Position numbers and translations under genes: made by a program
Notes under the pieces: model-generated
Told to the model about the DNA's origin: nothing
The model's database searches: none
Seen by the model: only the letters and a program-made list of their open reading frames with translations
Part shown: in pieces, positions 1 through 8,914 of the stretch
How the letters are laid out: every line of letters begins with the position of its first letter
Position numbering within the stretch: position 1 is the first letter of the stretch
Source of the DNA: Abditibacteriaceae bacterium
GTDB taxonomy: Bacteria > Armatimonadota > Abditibacteriia > Abditibacteriales > Abditibacteriaceae
Direction: 5' to 3'
Assembly: GCA_965277285.1 (NCBI GenBank)
Contig: OZ255721.1
Coordinates: forward strand, 2,912,001 to 2,976,000
Length of the DNA stretch: 64,000 nucleotides

Positions 1-699
1 CCGGTCGGAACCGGCAAAACTTTTCTCGTCGAATGTCTGGCGGGCGAAGCCGGTGTTCCGGTCGTGAAGCTGAAAAATTTCCGCGACCGCTGGGTCGGTT
101 CAACCGAAGGCAATCTGGAAAAGATTTTTCGCTTGTTGCAGGCTTTGGGCAAATGCTACGTTTTTATTGACGAAGCCGACCAAAGTTTGGGGCGCCGCGA
201 TTCGGGCAGTGGCGACAGTGGTGTTGGTGGTCGCATTTACGGCATGATCGCCGAAGAAATGAGCAAAGGCAGCAATCGCGGCCACATCGTGTGGATTTTA
301 GCGTCGAGCCGCCCCGATTTAATCGAAGTCGATTTGAAACGCCCCGGTCGCGTTGACGTAAAAATCCCGATTTTCCCGACCACAACGTCGCGCGAATCGT
401 TCGACCTGATCCGCGCTTTGTGCCAGCGTCGCGGCCTGGAAATCGAGGAAAGCGCTTTTCCAGTACTCGAATCAACGCTTCCTAACTTATTAACGCCGGG
501 CGCAGCGGAAGCTCTCAGCAACAAGGTTTATCGCCAATCGCGCGTTGAAAATCTGGCGCCGTTGGAAGCGTTACTGCGCAGCCTCGCCGATTATCAAAAC
601 CCAGTTGCGGCAGAAATCATCGCCACGCAAATCGAACTCGCCATCCGCGAAGCCAGCGACTTGGACTTTGTGCCGGAAGTTTTGCGGATGAAAAACTGA
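1..699 (+). CDS. AAA+ ATPase (5' end outside window)
   Basis: Frame 1 is open from base 1. Walker A PVGTGKT, Walker B VFIDEAD, SRH region RPDLIEVDLKRPGRVD. Confidence 0.9.
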   Translation, partial: PVGTGKTFLVECLAGEAGVPVVKLKNFRDRWVGSTEGNLEKIFRLLQALGKCYVFIDEADQSLGRRDSGSGDSGVGGRIYGMIAEEMSKGSNRGHIVWILASSRPDLIEVDLKRPGRVDVKIPIFPTTTSRESFDLIRALCQRRGLEIEESAFPVLESTLPNLLTPGAAEALSNKVYRQSRVENLAPLEALLRSLADYQNPVAAEIIATQIELAIREASDLDFVPEVLRMKN

Positions 700-711
700 A
701 AGGGTTTCAGA

Positions 712-1185
712 ATGTTTGATTTTCTACGTTCTAAAAAGTCGTTAAATATCCCACAATATTCCGACGCTAAAGCGTGTGAAGAACTGAAGAGTTGGAAGAA
801 TAGAAATGTCTTCGTTTTGTTTCTGCTCGAAAATGGTGAGTTTCAGGGCAACAAACAAAATCCGTCAGCAGAAGAATTCATAGCTTGGACGCGAGCTAAC
901 GCCGAGAAAGTCGCGGCTGAACAGGCGGCACAGCCATATACCTTTCAGACAAATGGTCGAAAGTTCTTCCCCGTCTTCTCTTCAGTGGAAATGGCTCAGG
1001 AGTTTGTGAAAGCAGATCCGGAAAACGTTTGGAAAGGCTTCGGAATGAATGAAATGGTTGGCAGCGACCTCATTCGCTATCTAGCCGACAATTGTTTTTC
1101 AGGCACAGTCGTTGTGTTGAACTCGCGCACTTCATCGGAGCAACGTTTTACTCACGAACAAATTCGTGCAGTTTGTAGCAAATAA
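712..1185 (+). CDS. SseB-like hypothetical protein
   Basis: 157-aa ORF. Motif FFPVFSSVEMAQEF and a later VVLN resemble the SseB N-terminal domain. AT-richer than its neighbours. Confidence 0.55.
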   Translation: MFDFLRSKKSLNIPQYSDAKACEELKSWKNRNVFVLFLLENGEFQGNKQNPSAEEFIAWTRANAEKVAAEQAAQPYTFQTNGRKFFPVFSSVEMAQEFVKADPENVWKGFGMNEMVGSDLIRYLADNCFSGTVVVLNSRTSSEQRFTHEQIRAVCSK

Positions 1186-1280
1186 AATGGACCGTCGAGC
1201 ACTCGATTATAAAACCGCAACACGCAATTCGTTCGTATCATCGTGCACGATGGATCTAATGAGATTAAAGATTTGAAGTG

Positions 1281-1613
1281 TTATCCGAATCCAGGCTCTT
1301 CATCGGGATCGCGTATGTCATCAAATCCTGGAATATCGAACCAGCCTTGAGCGATGTTATGAAGAAAAAGGTTTTTGTCGACCTCAACAGGAAAATGTGG
1401 AATGGCTTCGCCTTGGTAAATTTCACCCAACTGCTCTGGTAGGCGACGTTTTGCCGCATCTTTTAAGGCTTGTTTCTCCGTTTCGGAAAACGTGTTCTCG
1501 ATTTTGTCGAACAACTCCATTAACTTTATGGCGCGTTCCGATGCGAAATTATTATCGTCAGCAAAATAGAGAAACAAATAATAATCGAGAACTGCATCGG
1601 CGAGATTGTGCAT
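1281..1613 (-). CDS. hypothetical protein (small, acidic)
   Basis: 110-aa ORF filling the gap before gdhA. No recognisable motif. Confidence 0.5.
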   Translation of the reverse strand: MHNLADAVLDYYLFLYFADDNNFASERAIKLMELFDKIENTFSETEKQALKDAAKRRLPEQLGEIYQGEAIPHFPVEVDKNLFLHNIAQGWFDIPGFDDIRDPDEEPGFG

Positions 1614-1670
1614 GGTTTTACTTTAGCAAACTCGAACTTAACGATTACGCAAAGCGGCAAATTTTCTTTT

Positions 1671-2930
1671 ATGACTACTCAACCCCAATTCAACGCCTGG
1701 CAAATGGCTTTGTCGCAATTCGATCTGGTCGCGGAACGCTTGAAGCTGGATGACGGCATTCGCGCGATTTTGTCGACGCCGCAGCGCACGCTCAGCGTTT
1801 CGATTCCGACGCGCATGGACGATGGCAGCGTGCGCGTTTTTGAAGGTTATCGCGTGCAACATTCGCTGCATCGCGGCCCGGCCAAAGGCGGCATCCGTTT
1901 CAGCCCGCAGGTCAGCTTAGATGAAGTGAAGGCACTGGCGATGTGGATGACGTGGAAATGCGCGATTGTCGATTTGCCGTATGGTGGCGCAAAAGGCGGC
2001 GTTACAGTCGATCCGAAAGCGTTATCGAATACGGAATTGGAGCGTTTGACGCGCCGTTTTACAAGTGAATTGCTGCCGATTATCGGGCCGGAGCGCGACA
2101 TTCCAGCGCCCGATATGGGCACCAACGCGCAAATTATGGCGTGGATGATGGACACCTATTCGTCCAACGTCGGCCACGCGGTGCCTGGCGTCGTGACCGG
2201 AAAACCGCTGTCCATCGGCGGCAGCGCGGGGCGCGAAGAAGCCACAGGTCGCGGCGTGATGATCGTCGCGCGCGAAGCCGCACAACGCATCGGTTTGACA
2301 CTCGCAGGCGCCAGCGTTGTGGTGCAAGGTTTCGGCAATGTCGGGCGGCACGCCGCGAGTTTGTTGGAGCGCGAATGTGGCTGTCGCGTTGTCGCGGTTT
2401 CCGATGCCAACGGCGGCATTTACAACGCGAAGGGTTTGGACATCGCCAGCCTGGAATCGAGTACTCGAATGCACGGCGTTCTGCCGGAAAGCGGAGACTG
2501 GGAGCGAATTTCCAACGAAGAATTGCTGACTTTGCCATGTGACCTTTTAGTTCCCGCCGCGCTGGAAAATCAGATTACAGAAGCGAACGCGAACGCTGTC
2601 CATGCGAAGCTGGTGGTCGAAGGCGCGAACGGGCCGACAACGCCCGAAGCCGATACGATTTTGCGCGACAAAGGCGTTGTCGTGGTGCCCGATGTGTTGG
2701 CGAACGCGGGCGGCGTGACGGTCAGTTATTTTGAATGGGTGCAAGGCCGCGACGAGTATTTCTGGTCGGCGGATGAAGTGAATCAGCGCTTGGAACGCAT
2801 CCTGAAAAACGCGAGTTTGGCGGTCTGGTCAATCGCCGAGCGCGAAAAAGTCGATTTGCGTTTGGCGGCTTATCTCGTCGGCGTCGGTCGCGTGGCGGAC
2901 GCGTTGCGCACGCGCGGCATTTATCCGTGA
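1671..2930 (+). CDS. gdhA: Glu/Leu/Phe/Val (glutamate) dehydrogenase
   Basis: Motifs GPAKGGIR, GGAKGG, DIPAPD, GFGNVG, EGANGP, NAGGVTVSYFEW. Start chosen at MTTQPQ. Confidence 0.93.
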   Translation: MTTQPQFNAWQMALSQFDLVAERLKLDDGIRAILSTPQRTLSVSIPTRMDDGSVRVFEGYRVQHSLHRGPAKGGIRFSPQVSLDEVKALAMWMTWKCAIVDLPYGGAKGGVTVDPKALSNTELERLTRRFTSELLPIIGPERDIPAPDMGTNAQIMAWMMDTYSSNVGHAVPGVVTGKPLSIGGSAGREEATGRGVMIVAREAAQRIGLTLAGASVVVQGFGNVGRHAASLLERECGCRVVAVSDANGGIYNAKGLDIASLESSTRMHGVLPESGDWERISNEELLTLPCDLLVPAALENQITEANANAVHAKLVVEGANGPTTPEADTILRDKGVVVVPDVLANAGGVTVSYFEWVQGRDEYFWSADEVNQRLERILKNASLAVWSIAEREKVDLRLAAYLVGVGRVADALRTRGIYP

Positions 2931-3011
2931 ATCAAGTACTCGATTGCGGCGTGATGGCGAGTTTGGAGGCAACGTGCAGCTTGACCGAGTGCTGTAAATT
3001 AGAAGTTAATC

Positions 3012-3407
3012 ATGCCAATTGATTATTTTTGCAACCATTGCCGCTTGACGTTCAGCGCGGGAAGTTACCTTTCCATCCTCTCGTTTCAAGAAGTGGCTTG
3101 TGCTGTGTGTCAAGACTGCGGCACATTGCATATAACTCAGCAAAGAGAAGAAGGGCGAATAGTTTTGAAAGCGCAAGTTGGACCGATGACTGTTCCTGTA
3201 GGTTATAGCCCTGACCATGAAGACATCATTGATGTTGTTGGTCTAAGGTTTACTCTTCACAAGCCGTGGGTTGAGGTCGGAAAAGAAATTAAGTGCACTC
3301 ACTGTGGCAGGCACAATAATTTAATAGATGAATGGCCGGACAATAACGATATTTGCCCGCGTTGTAAAAATCACGCTCTACAATCTGTGTGTTCTTGGAT
3401 AACCTGA
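3012..3407 (+). CDS. hypothetical protein with four CxxC motifs (zinc-ribbon-like)
   Basis: CNHC, CQDC, CTHC, CPRC. AT-richer ORF. Confidence 0.65.
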   Translation: MPIDYFCNHCRLTFSAGSYLSILSFQEVACAVCQDCGTLHITQQREEGRIVLKAQVGPMTVPVGYSPDHEDIIDVVGLRFTLHKPWVEVGKEIKCTHCGRHNNLIDEWPDNNDICPRCKNHALQSVCSWIT

Positions 3408-3496
3408 CATTTGCAGCATATTAACAACTGCCAAACAAGGCGATGCGTCCCAACGCTCACACTCTCATTGCCATTCCTCAATCGAGTACTCGATAA

Positions 3497-4075
3497 TTAT
3501 TCCCCTTCATGCCACGCGTGCAAACCTTCTTTGATTCCATAAAACACAATCACCAACGCCGCAACTGGGTCAGCTTGCCACCAGCCGAAAAGCGTGTTCA
3601 AGCCGATGCCAACTAAGACGCAAAATGCCAGTAGCGCATCAATCACGGTGACGCGCGCTTCGGTTTGCAAAACACGGTTGTTCAACTGCGCGCCAGTTCG
3701 CGCTTTGCCCCATGCCAAAGTTAGCATCACGGCGCAGGTGGAAGCGAGCCAGATCAAACCCTGCCGCGAAGGTCGCGCGTGTTGATGCGTCGCCAAACTC
3801 CATGCTGATTGCAGCGCGATGTAAAACGCCAGCGCGAAAAACGCCATGCCGATAATTCTTAAAGCGGTTTTCTCGCGGTTTTGCCCGACGCCTTTCAATT
3901 GCCACACGACGACCAACGAAGCGCCAATTTCAATCAGAGAATCCAAACCGAAACCGGCCAACGCAACCGAATGTGCCGCAAAAGCCGCCCTCATTACAAC
4001 AACTACGCCGACGATATTCCAACTCAACGTCGCATATTCGAGCCACAAACCACGACGCAAAAGGTTGTCGTTCAT
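3497..4075 (-). CDS. cation diffusion facilitator (CDF) family transporter, transmembrane-only form
   Basis: SVALAGFGLDSLIE and WWQADPVAALVI motifs. Start at MNDNLL. Confidence 0.8.
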   Translation of the reverse strand: MNDNLLRRGLWLEYATLSWNIVGVVVVMRAAFAAHSVALAGFGLDSLIEIGASLVVVWQLKGVGQNREKTALRIIGMAFFALAFYIALQSAWSLATHQHARPSRQGLIWLASTCAVMLTLAWGKARTGAQLNNRVLQTEARVTVIDALLAFCVLVGIGLNTLFGWWQADPVAALVIVFYGIKEGLHAWHEGE

Positions 4076-4104
4076 CGTTTCGAGTACTCGATTCCGCTGA
4101 AATA

Positions 4105-4254
4105 GGACACGGCGGCTTTGCCGACACGGATTGAACGGATGAACACGGATATTTCGGATGTACGGGCGCATTGCAATGCGCCCGTACGATGATGATCAAT
4201 CTTTTTTGATCCGTGCCAACCCGTTCAATCCGTGTCGGCAAAGCCGCCGTGTCC
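4105..4254. repeat. MITE/REP-like inverted-repeat element (GGACACGG..CCGTGTCC) enclosing a perfect 28-bp palindrome
   Basis: Left arm ggacacggcggctttgccgacacggattgaacgg pairs with right arm ccgttcaatccgtgtcggcaaagccgccgtgtcc. Inner palindrome gtacgggcgcattgcaatgcgcccgtac at 4160-4187. Confidence 0.85.
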
Positions 4255-4258
4255 CAAG

Positions 4259-4696
4259 TTATTTGATTAGCAACAAGGCGCCGCCGGCGACCATTGCCAC
4301 GCCTAAAACAACTTTCGGCGTCATCGGTTCTTTGAGGAAGATGGCGGCGAAGAGAATCACCAGCACAACGCTGAGTTTGTCAATCGGCGCGACGCGCGAA
4401 GCTGGCCCCAACTTCAGCGCGTGGAAATAGCAGAGCCACGATGCGCCGGTCGCCAAACCCGACAAGACAAGAAACAAAATCGTGCGCGGTTCGAGTACTC
4501 GAAGTTGATTGGCCGTGCCCTGCCAGAACACAATGCCCCACGCGAAAAGCAAAATCACGACTGTGCGAATCGCCGTCGCCAGGTTCGAGTCGACGCCTTT
4601 GATGCCGATTTTGGCCAGAATCGCCGTCAATGCCGCGAAAACGGCGCTGCCCAGTGCGTAAAGTTGCCAGGCTTGCAATTGAAAAAACTTATTCAT
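4259..4696 (-). CDS. EamA/DMT family transporter
   Basis: AALTAILAKIG, ASWLCYFHAL, VAPIDKLS. Start at MNKFF. Confidence 0.88.
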   Translation of the reverse strand: MNKFFQLQAWQLYALGSAVFAALTAILAKIGIKGVDSNLATAIRTVVILLFAWGIVFWQGTANQLRVLEPRTILFLVLSGLATGASWLCYFHALKLGPASRVAPIDKLSVVLVILFAAIFLKEPMTPKVVLGVAMVAGGALLLIK

Positions 4697-6101
4697 CGGT
4701 TCCCTTGGGTTTCGCTTTGCCCTTGAAGTGGCGCGTTGTTTTGAGGCGCGTTCGAGTACTTGAAACGCTTTCGCGCAAAGAATGCAGCGAGGCGCCGTCC
4801 GGCAGAACCATGTCGCGCACTTTGGGAACGTGGACGCGCTGTGAGGAATAAATGCCGGAATGTCCGCTGAAAAAATAAGCGACAAAGCACGCAATCGCAA
4901 AATACGGCGCGTTCTGCGAGCCGAACAATTCCAGTCCCATCAAGGTGCAGGCGAGCGGCGTGTTAGCGGCTCCGGCGAAAACCGCGACAAAACCCAGTGC
5001 CGCGAACAAATCAACGGGCGCGTGCATCACAATCGCCAGGATGTTGCCCAACGTCGCGCCGATAAAAAACAAGGGCGTCACTTCGCCGCCTTTGAAACCG
5101 CTGCCCAAAGTCACAGCCGTAAACACCAGCTTCCAAAACCAACTGAGAGCATCCGCGCCGCCCGCGTGAAAGCTGGACGCAATTGTAATCGCGTGAATAT
5201 CGGGCGAATAATCGCCCAGACCGATGTAATCGCGCGTGCGCAAAACCGTGACGAGCGCGATGATAATCAAGCCGCCGATAAACGGTCGCAACATCGGTTC
5301 GTGGACGCGGGTTTTGAAAAAGTGCTGCACGCCGTGCATCGCTTCGGCGAAGAGGACGCTGGTCAGGCCGAAGAGAACCGCAGCAACAGCAACTTTGAGC
5401 GACAAAATCATTTCCGGTCGAGTACTCGAAATCGCGGCGATGTGATACAGCGAATGGTGAATGCCCCAACTCTGGCATGCCCAATCGCCGATCAGAGCCG
5501 CAATTAAACAGGGCACAATCGCGTCATATTCCATGCGCCCGACCGCCAGCACTTCCATGGCGAAAACGGCGCCCGCAATCGGCGTCCCGAAGACGCCGCC
5601 GAAACCTGCCGCAATGCCCGCCATCAACACAATACGCGCGTCGCTTTCATCGAGCTTAAACCAACGTCCCCACGCCGAACGCCCAAACGCCGCCGCCAGA
5701 CTGCCGCCCATCTGCACCGCCGTGCCCTCGCGCCCCGCGCTGCCGCCGAACAAGTGCGTGATGATTGTCGCCACCAAAATCAAGGGCGCCATGCGAAACG
5801 GCACGCCCGCGCTCGGTTGGTGGATTTCGTCGATCAACAGGTTGTTGCCGCCGTTCGCATCGCCGCCGCGCGCCGAATGCCCCAACTTCGTATAGAGAAA
5901 CGTCACGAAACTTCCTGCCAAAGGCAGCGCGAACAGCAAATACCGATAAGCGAGGCGCGCGTCGGTGGCTTTGTCCAAAGCCCACAAAAACAGCGCGCAC
6001 GAGGAACCAATCGCCGCAGCAATCGGCGTCAATAGTAAAATCCAGCGCAAAATGTCGCGCCCCAGATGAAAGTGTTCTCGTGTGTTCCAACGAAATGGCA
6101 T
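4689..6101 (-). CDS. CLC-F type fluoride/proton antiporter (voltage-gated chloride channel family)
   Basis: CLC-F signature motifs GNNLL, GREGT, GEVTP. Start at MPFRW. Confidence 0.88.
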   Translation of the reverse strand: MPFRWNTREHFHLGRDILRWILLLTPIAAAIGSSCALFLWALDKATDARLAYRYLLFALPLAGSFVTFLYTKLGHSARGGDANGGNNLLIDEIHQPSAGVPFRMAPLILVATIITHLFGGSAGREGTAVQMGGSLAAAFGRSAWGRWFKLDESDARIVLMAGIAAGFGGVFGTPIAGAVFAMEVLAVGRMEYDAIVPCLIAALIGDWACQSWGIHHSLYHIAAISSTRPEMILSLKVAVAAVLFGLTSVLFAEAMHGVQHFFKTRVHEPMLRPFIGGLIIIALVTVLRTRDYIGLGDYSPDIHAITIASSFHAGGADALSWFWKLVFTAVTLGSGFKGGEVTPLFFIGATLGNILAIVMHAPVDLFAALGFVAVFAGAANTPLACTLMGLELFGSQNAPYFAIACFVAYFFSGHSGIYSSQRVHVPKVRDMVLPDGASLHSLRESVSSTRTRLKTTRHFKGKAKPKGTDE

Positions 6102-6128
6102 CGTATTTCCCGTTTCAATCCCGCTTTG

Positions 6129-6158
6129 TTTATAGGCGCGAAAGGCGGCGCGTGTCAA
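6129..6158 (-). promoter_or_regulatory. sigma70-like promoter for the CLC-F gene
   Basis: Minus strand TTGACA-N18-TATAAA, about 28 nt upstream of the ATG. Confidence 0.55.
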
Positions 6159-6220
6159 CCGAAACAAGGCAAAGGAGAACGGAGGGTGAGATTGTTACAC
6201 AAGCCACTAAGGTTCCTATT

Positions 6221-6291
6221 CAGAATCCCAAGCGTGAGCGCGGGGCTAAAGTAACAGATAAATCAGCCCCGCGCTCACGCTTGGGGTTCTG
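6221..6291. repeat. REP-like inverted repeat pair (CCAAGCGTRAGCGCGGG family)
   Basis: cagaatcccaagcgtgagcgcggggct / agccccgcgctcacgcttggggttctg. Related copies at 8873-8904 and 35855-35939. Confidence 0.8.
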
Positions 6292-6358
6292 GACGAGCGA
6301 TGAACCGCTTTGTCGGTTGCAGTAAAATGTAAGCGATATTTCAAGGTTGAGGAAAGTG

Positions 6359-6874
6359 ATGGCGACAAAGAGAAAGAACCCGGAACAAGAACCCGAGAAG
6401 AAGCCGAAAAGCAAAGCGGACGGGACGTGGGGACAATATCCTAAAAGCATTTCGCGCATTGAAACCGCGAAGCACAGCGCGTGGTATGTGCGCATTTACT
6501 TTGAGGGCGCGTATGTTCGCAAAACCTTCAGCGACACGGTTTACAACGGCAAGGAAGACGCTTTGCGCGAAGCCCTCTTGTGGCGCGACGAAATGGAAAG
6601 GCACATGGGCAAGCCGCGAACTGAGCGCAGCGTGCGAAAGAAAACCAGCGTTGATGAGCGCGTTGCAGGCATTCGTCGCCGCACGATGAAAGACAAAAAA
6701 CGCGGTCGGTCGTATATCCGCGATGTTTATGAAGTGACCTGGGCGCCCGAACCCGGCAAAGTGTGGCGCACCAAGATTTCCGTCACCAAGCACGGCGAAG
6801 AAGAAGCGTTTCGCATGGCTTTGGCGCTGCGCCGCGAAAAAGAACGCGAATACTACGGCGGCACAATCTCGTAA
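6359..6874 (+). CDS. AP2-domain DNA-binding protein (two AP2-like repeats)
   Basis: SISRIET..AWYVRI..RKTFSD..GKEDALREALLWRD and VYEVTW..RTKISVTKHGEEEAFRMALALR. Both fit the AP2 pattern of three strands plus a helix. Very basic protein. Confidence 0.7.
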   Translation: MATKRKNPEQEPEKKPKSKADGTWGQYPKSISRIETAKHSAWYVRIYFEGAYVRKTFSDTVYNGKEDALREALLWRDEMERHMGKPRTERSVRKKTSVDERVAGIRRRTMKDKKRGRSYIRDVYEVTWAPEPGKVWRTKISVTKHGEEEAFRMALALRREKEREYYGGTIS

Positions 6875-6887
6875 TCGAGTACTCGAT

Positions 6888-7409
6888 TCAACGACTTTGA
6901 TAATCTTGGCGCGCCCACTCGTCGTTCTTTGTGTAACGCACGACAACTCGCGTCCCGCCGGAACGTTCATCGTATCCGCACCAAGCCACGCCCCATTCAA
7001 AATCGTACAAAAGAGCTTCGGCCAAAGCCGAGCATTCTTGCGGAACACTGTTTACTCGCTTGGTTTTATGTGGCGCGCCAAACCAATCTTTCACTAGGCG
7101 AATGTGCAACTCCTGCGTTCGTTCCTCCCTCGCATACGAGAAATTACTCCATTTTGCGCCTTCAGGATAAAGGTTGAGCGTCAACTCGAAGCTGACGAGA
7201 ACGTTCTGGTAAAAGCACAGATTCAAAATCAGCGGATGACCTTCGGGTTTTTCGGCTACAAAAGGATGATAAAACCAGGGCGTTCTATGATTGTAAACGC
7301 GCGCCGGATCGTGGAACTTCTGCGCTTCAAATGCGGTTTGCGTCAGGCTCGCATCGAAGATAAAACCATTTTGTAGCGTGACTTCGCCAGTCTGCGGAGC
7401 GATTTTCAT
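6888..7409 (-). CDS. hypothetical protein (immunity-protein-like orphan)
   Basis: 173-aa aromatic-rich ORF ending YDFEWGVAWCGYDERSGGTRVVVRY. Confidence 0.6.
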   Translation of the reverse strand: MKIAPQTGEVTLQNGFIFDASLTQTAFEAQKFHDPARVYNHRTPWFYHPFVAEKPEGHPLILNLCFYQNVLVSFELTLNLYPEGAKWSNFSYAREERTQELHIRLVKDWFGAPHKTKRVNSVPQECSALAEALLYDFEWGVAWCGYDERSGGTRVVVRYTKNDEWARQDYQSR

Positions 7410-7535
7410 ACTTCCCTTTCTAACATTTTCCCGCACTTCCGCTGTAGGAAGTAGCGTTCGATTTCATCTTAATCTCGTTAATTTGGCCTTCTCTTTGCGA
7501 AAAAAGTGCGCAAATTCGCTGGGAGAAACCGAATA

Positions 7536-8795
7536 ATGAGTACTCGATTGGTTGGGAAAAGTTCGCGCGCCGTATTTGTGGCTGCCGCTATGACGCTTTT
7601 GACGGGAACGACGTTGATGGCAACCGTCGCGCACGCGCAAACCATGCCGCGTGTTTCGTCTGTGACGCCGCGTGATAAAACCGTCGGACACTTGGAGCGC
7701 GTGGCGACTTTTTATGGCGCGATGCCGACTGGCGTCACGGTTTCGCATACGGGACGCATTTTTGTCAATTATCCGCGCTGGGGCGACAAAGTAGTCAACA
7801 GCGTGGAAGAGATTCGCGGTGGGCACGCATTCGCGTTTCCCAATCGTGCCTGGAACAGGTTCGGCAACGATGGCAATCGCGCGATTTTGTCGCAACGGGA
7901 CACGCCCGATGCGCAACGCCAGCGCATGAACGCTCTGGTTGGCGTGCAAAGCGTGGTCGTCGATCCCAAAAATCGTCTGTGGATTTTAGATACTGGCAGC
8001 GTCGCGTTTGGCCCAACGGCGTATGGCGGCCCGAAATTGGTCGGCGTCGATCTGCGTACTAATCGCGTTTTTAAGACGATTTATTTTCCGCAAAACGTCG
8101 CACTGAAAACAACGTATTTGAACGACATTCGCTTTGATCTCAGGCGCGGGCGCGACGGCGTTGCCTTTATCACCGATTCATCGGGAACTGGGCCGAACGC
8201 GATTATCGTGGTCGATTTGGCCAGTGGCGCCAGTTTTCGTCGCTTGAACGATCATCCGACAGTCAAGGCTGAGCCGAAATTTGTGGCGTTCGTCGAAGGT
8301 CAGGCGATTATGCAGCGTCCCAAAGGCCAGAAACCGAAGTTTTTGGGTCTGGGCGCCGATGGAATCGCCATTTCCGACGACGGCAATCGCTTGTATTATT
8401 GTCCGCTGGCCAGCCGTCGCTTGTATTCCGTCAGCATTCCCAGTTTGTTGAACAGCAAAGCCAGCGACGCGGCTGTCGCCAGCACGATTATTAACCACGG
8501 CGACAAGGGAATGTCGGACGGTTTGGAATCGGATGCGCAAGGCCGCATTTATTGCACCAGCCCCGAACAAGAGGCGATTTTGCGTCGCCTGCCAAATGGC
8601 GAGTTCCAAACGTTGGTGCACGATCCGCGCGTTTTGTGGCCGGACACAATGTCGCTGGCGACCAACGGTTATCTGTATTTCACCGCCAATCAGTTGCATC
8701 GCGGCGCGGATTACCATTACGGCAAAGACTTGCGCGTCAAGCCGTATTCGCTGTTTCGCATCAAGGTCGATGCAACGCCGGTTTTGTTGAAGTAA
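7536..8795 (+). CDS. major royal jelly protein/Yellow family beta-propeller (gluconolactonase-like), secreted
   Basis: Signal peptide ending AHA. Motifs LWILDTG, YLNDIRFD, GADGIAIS, LWPDT. Confidence 0.85.
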   Translation: MSTRLVGKSSRAVFVAAAMTLLTGTTLMATVAHAQTMPRVSSVTPRDKTVGHLERVATFYGAMPTGVTVSHTGRIFVNYPRWGDKVVNSVEEIRGGHAFAFPNRAWNRFGNDGNRAILSQRDTPDAQRQRMNALVGVQSVVVDPKNRLWILDTGSVAFGPTAYGGPKLVGVDLRTNRVFKTIYFPQNVALKTTYLNDIRFDLRRGRDGVAFITDSSGTGPNAIIVVDLASGASFRRLNDHPTVKAEPKFVAFVEGQAIMQRPKGQKPKFLGLGADGIAISDDGNRLYYCPLASRRLYSVSIPSLLNSKASDAAVASTIINHGDKGMSDGLESDAQGRIYCTSPEQEAILRRLPNGEFQTLVHDPRVLWPDTMSLATNGYLYFTANQLHRGADYHYGKDLRVKPYSLFRIKVDATPVLLK

Positions 8796-8809
8796 GTTGT
8801 TGAGAATGG

Positions 8810-8850
8810 AAACGGCGCCTTCGAGTACTCGATACTTGGAGGCGCCGTTC
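8810..8850. terminator. hairpin terminator with the 12-bp palindrome in its loop
   Basis: aacggcgcct ... aggcgccgtt between convergent genes, enclosing the copy at 8821-8832. Confidence 0.6.
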
Positions 8851-8914
8851 TGGTTTTAACGGTTGAGGCCACAACGAACTCCAAGCGTAAGCGCGGGGTT
8901 CGTTCAACGAAAGC

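Noticed and set aside
6102..6220. Fluoride riboswitch upstream of CLC-F
   Set aside because: No GGCGAUGG..CGCC / GCUGAUGAC pattern is seen, and the promoter leaves too short a leader.
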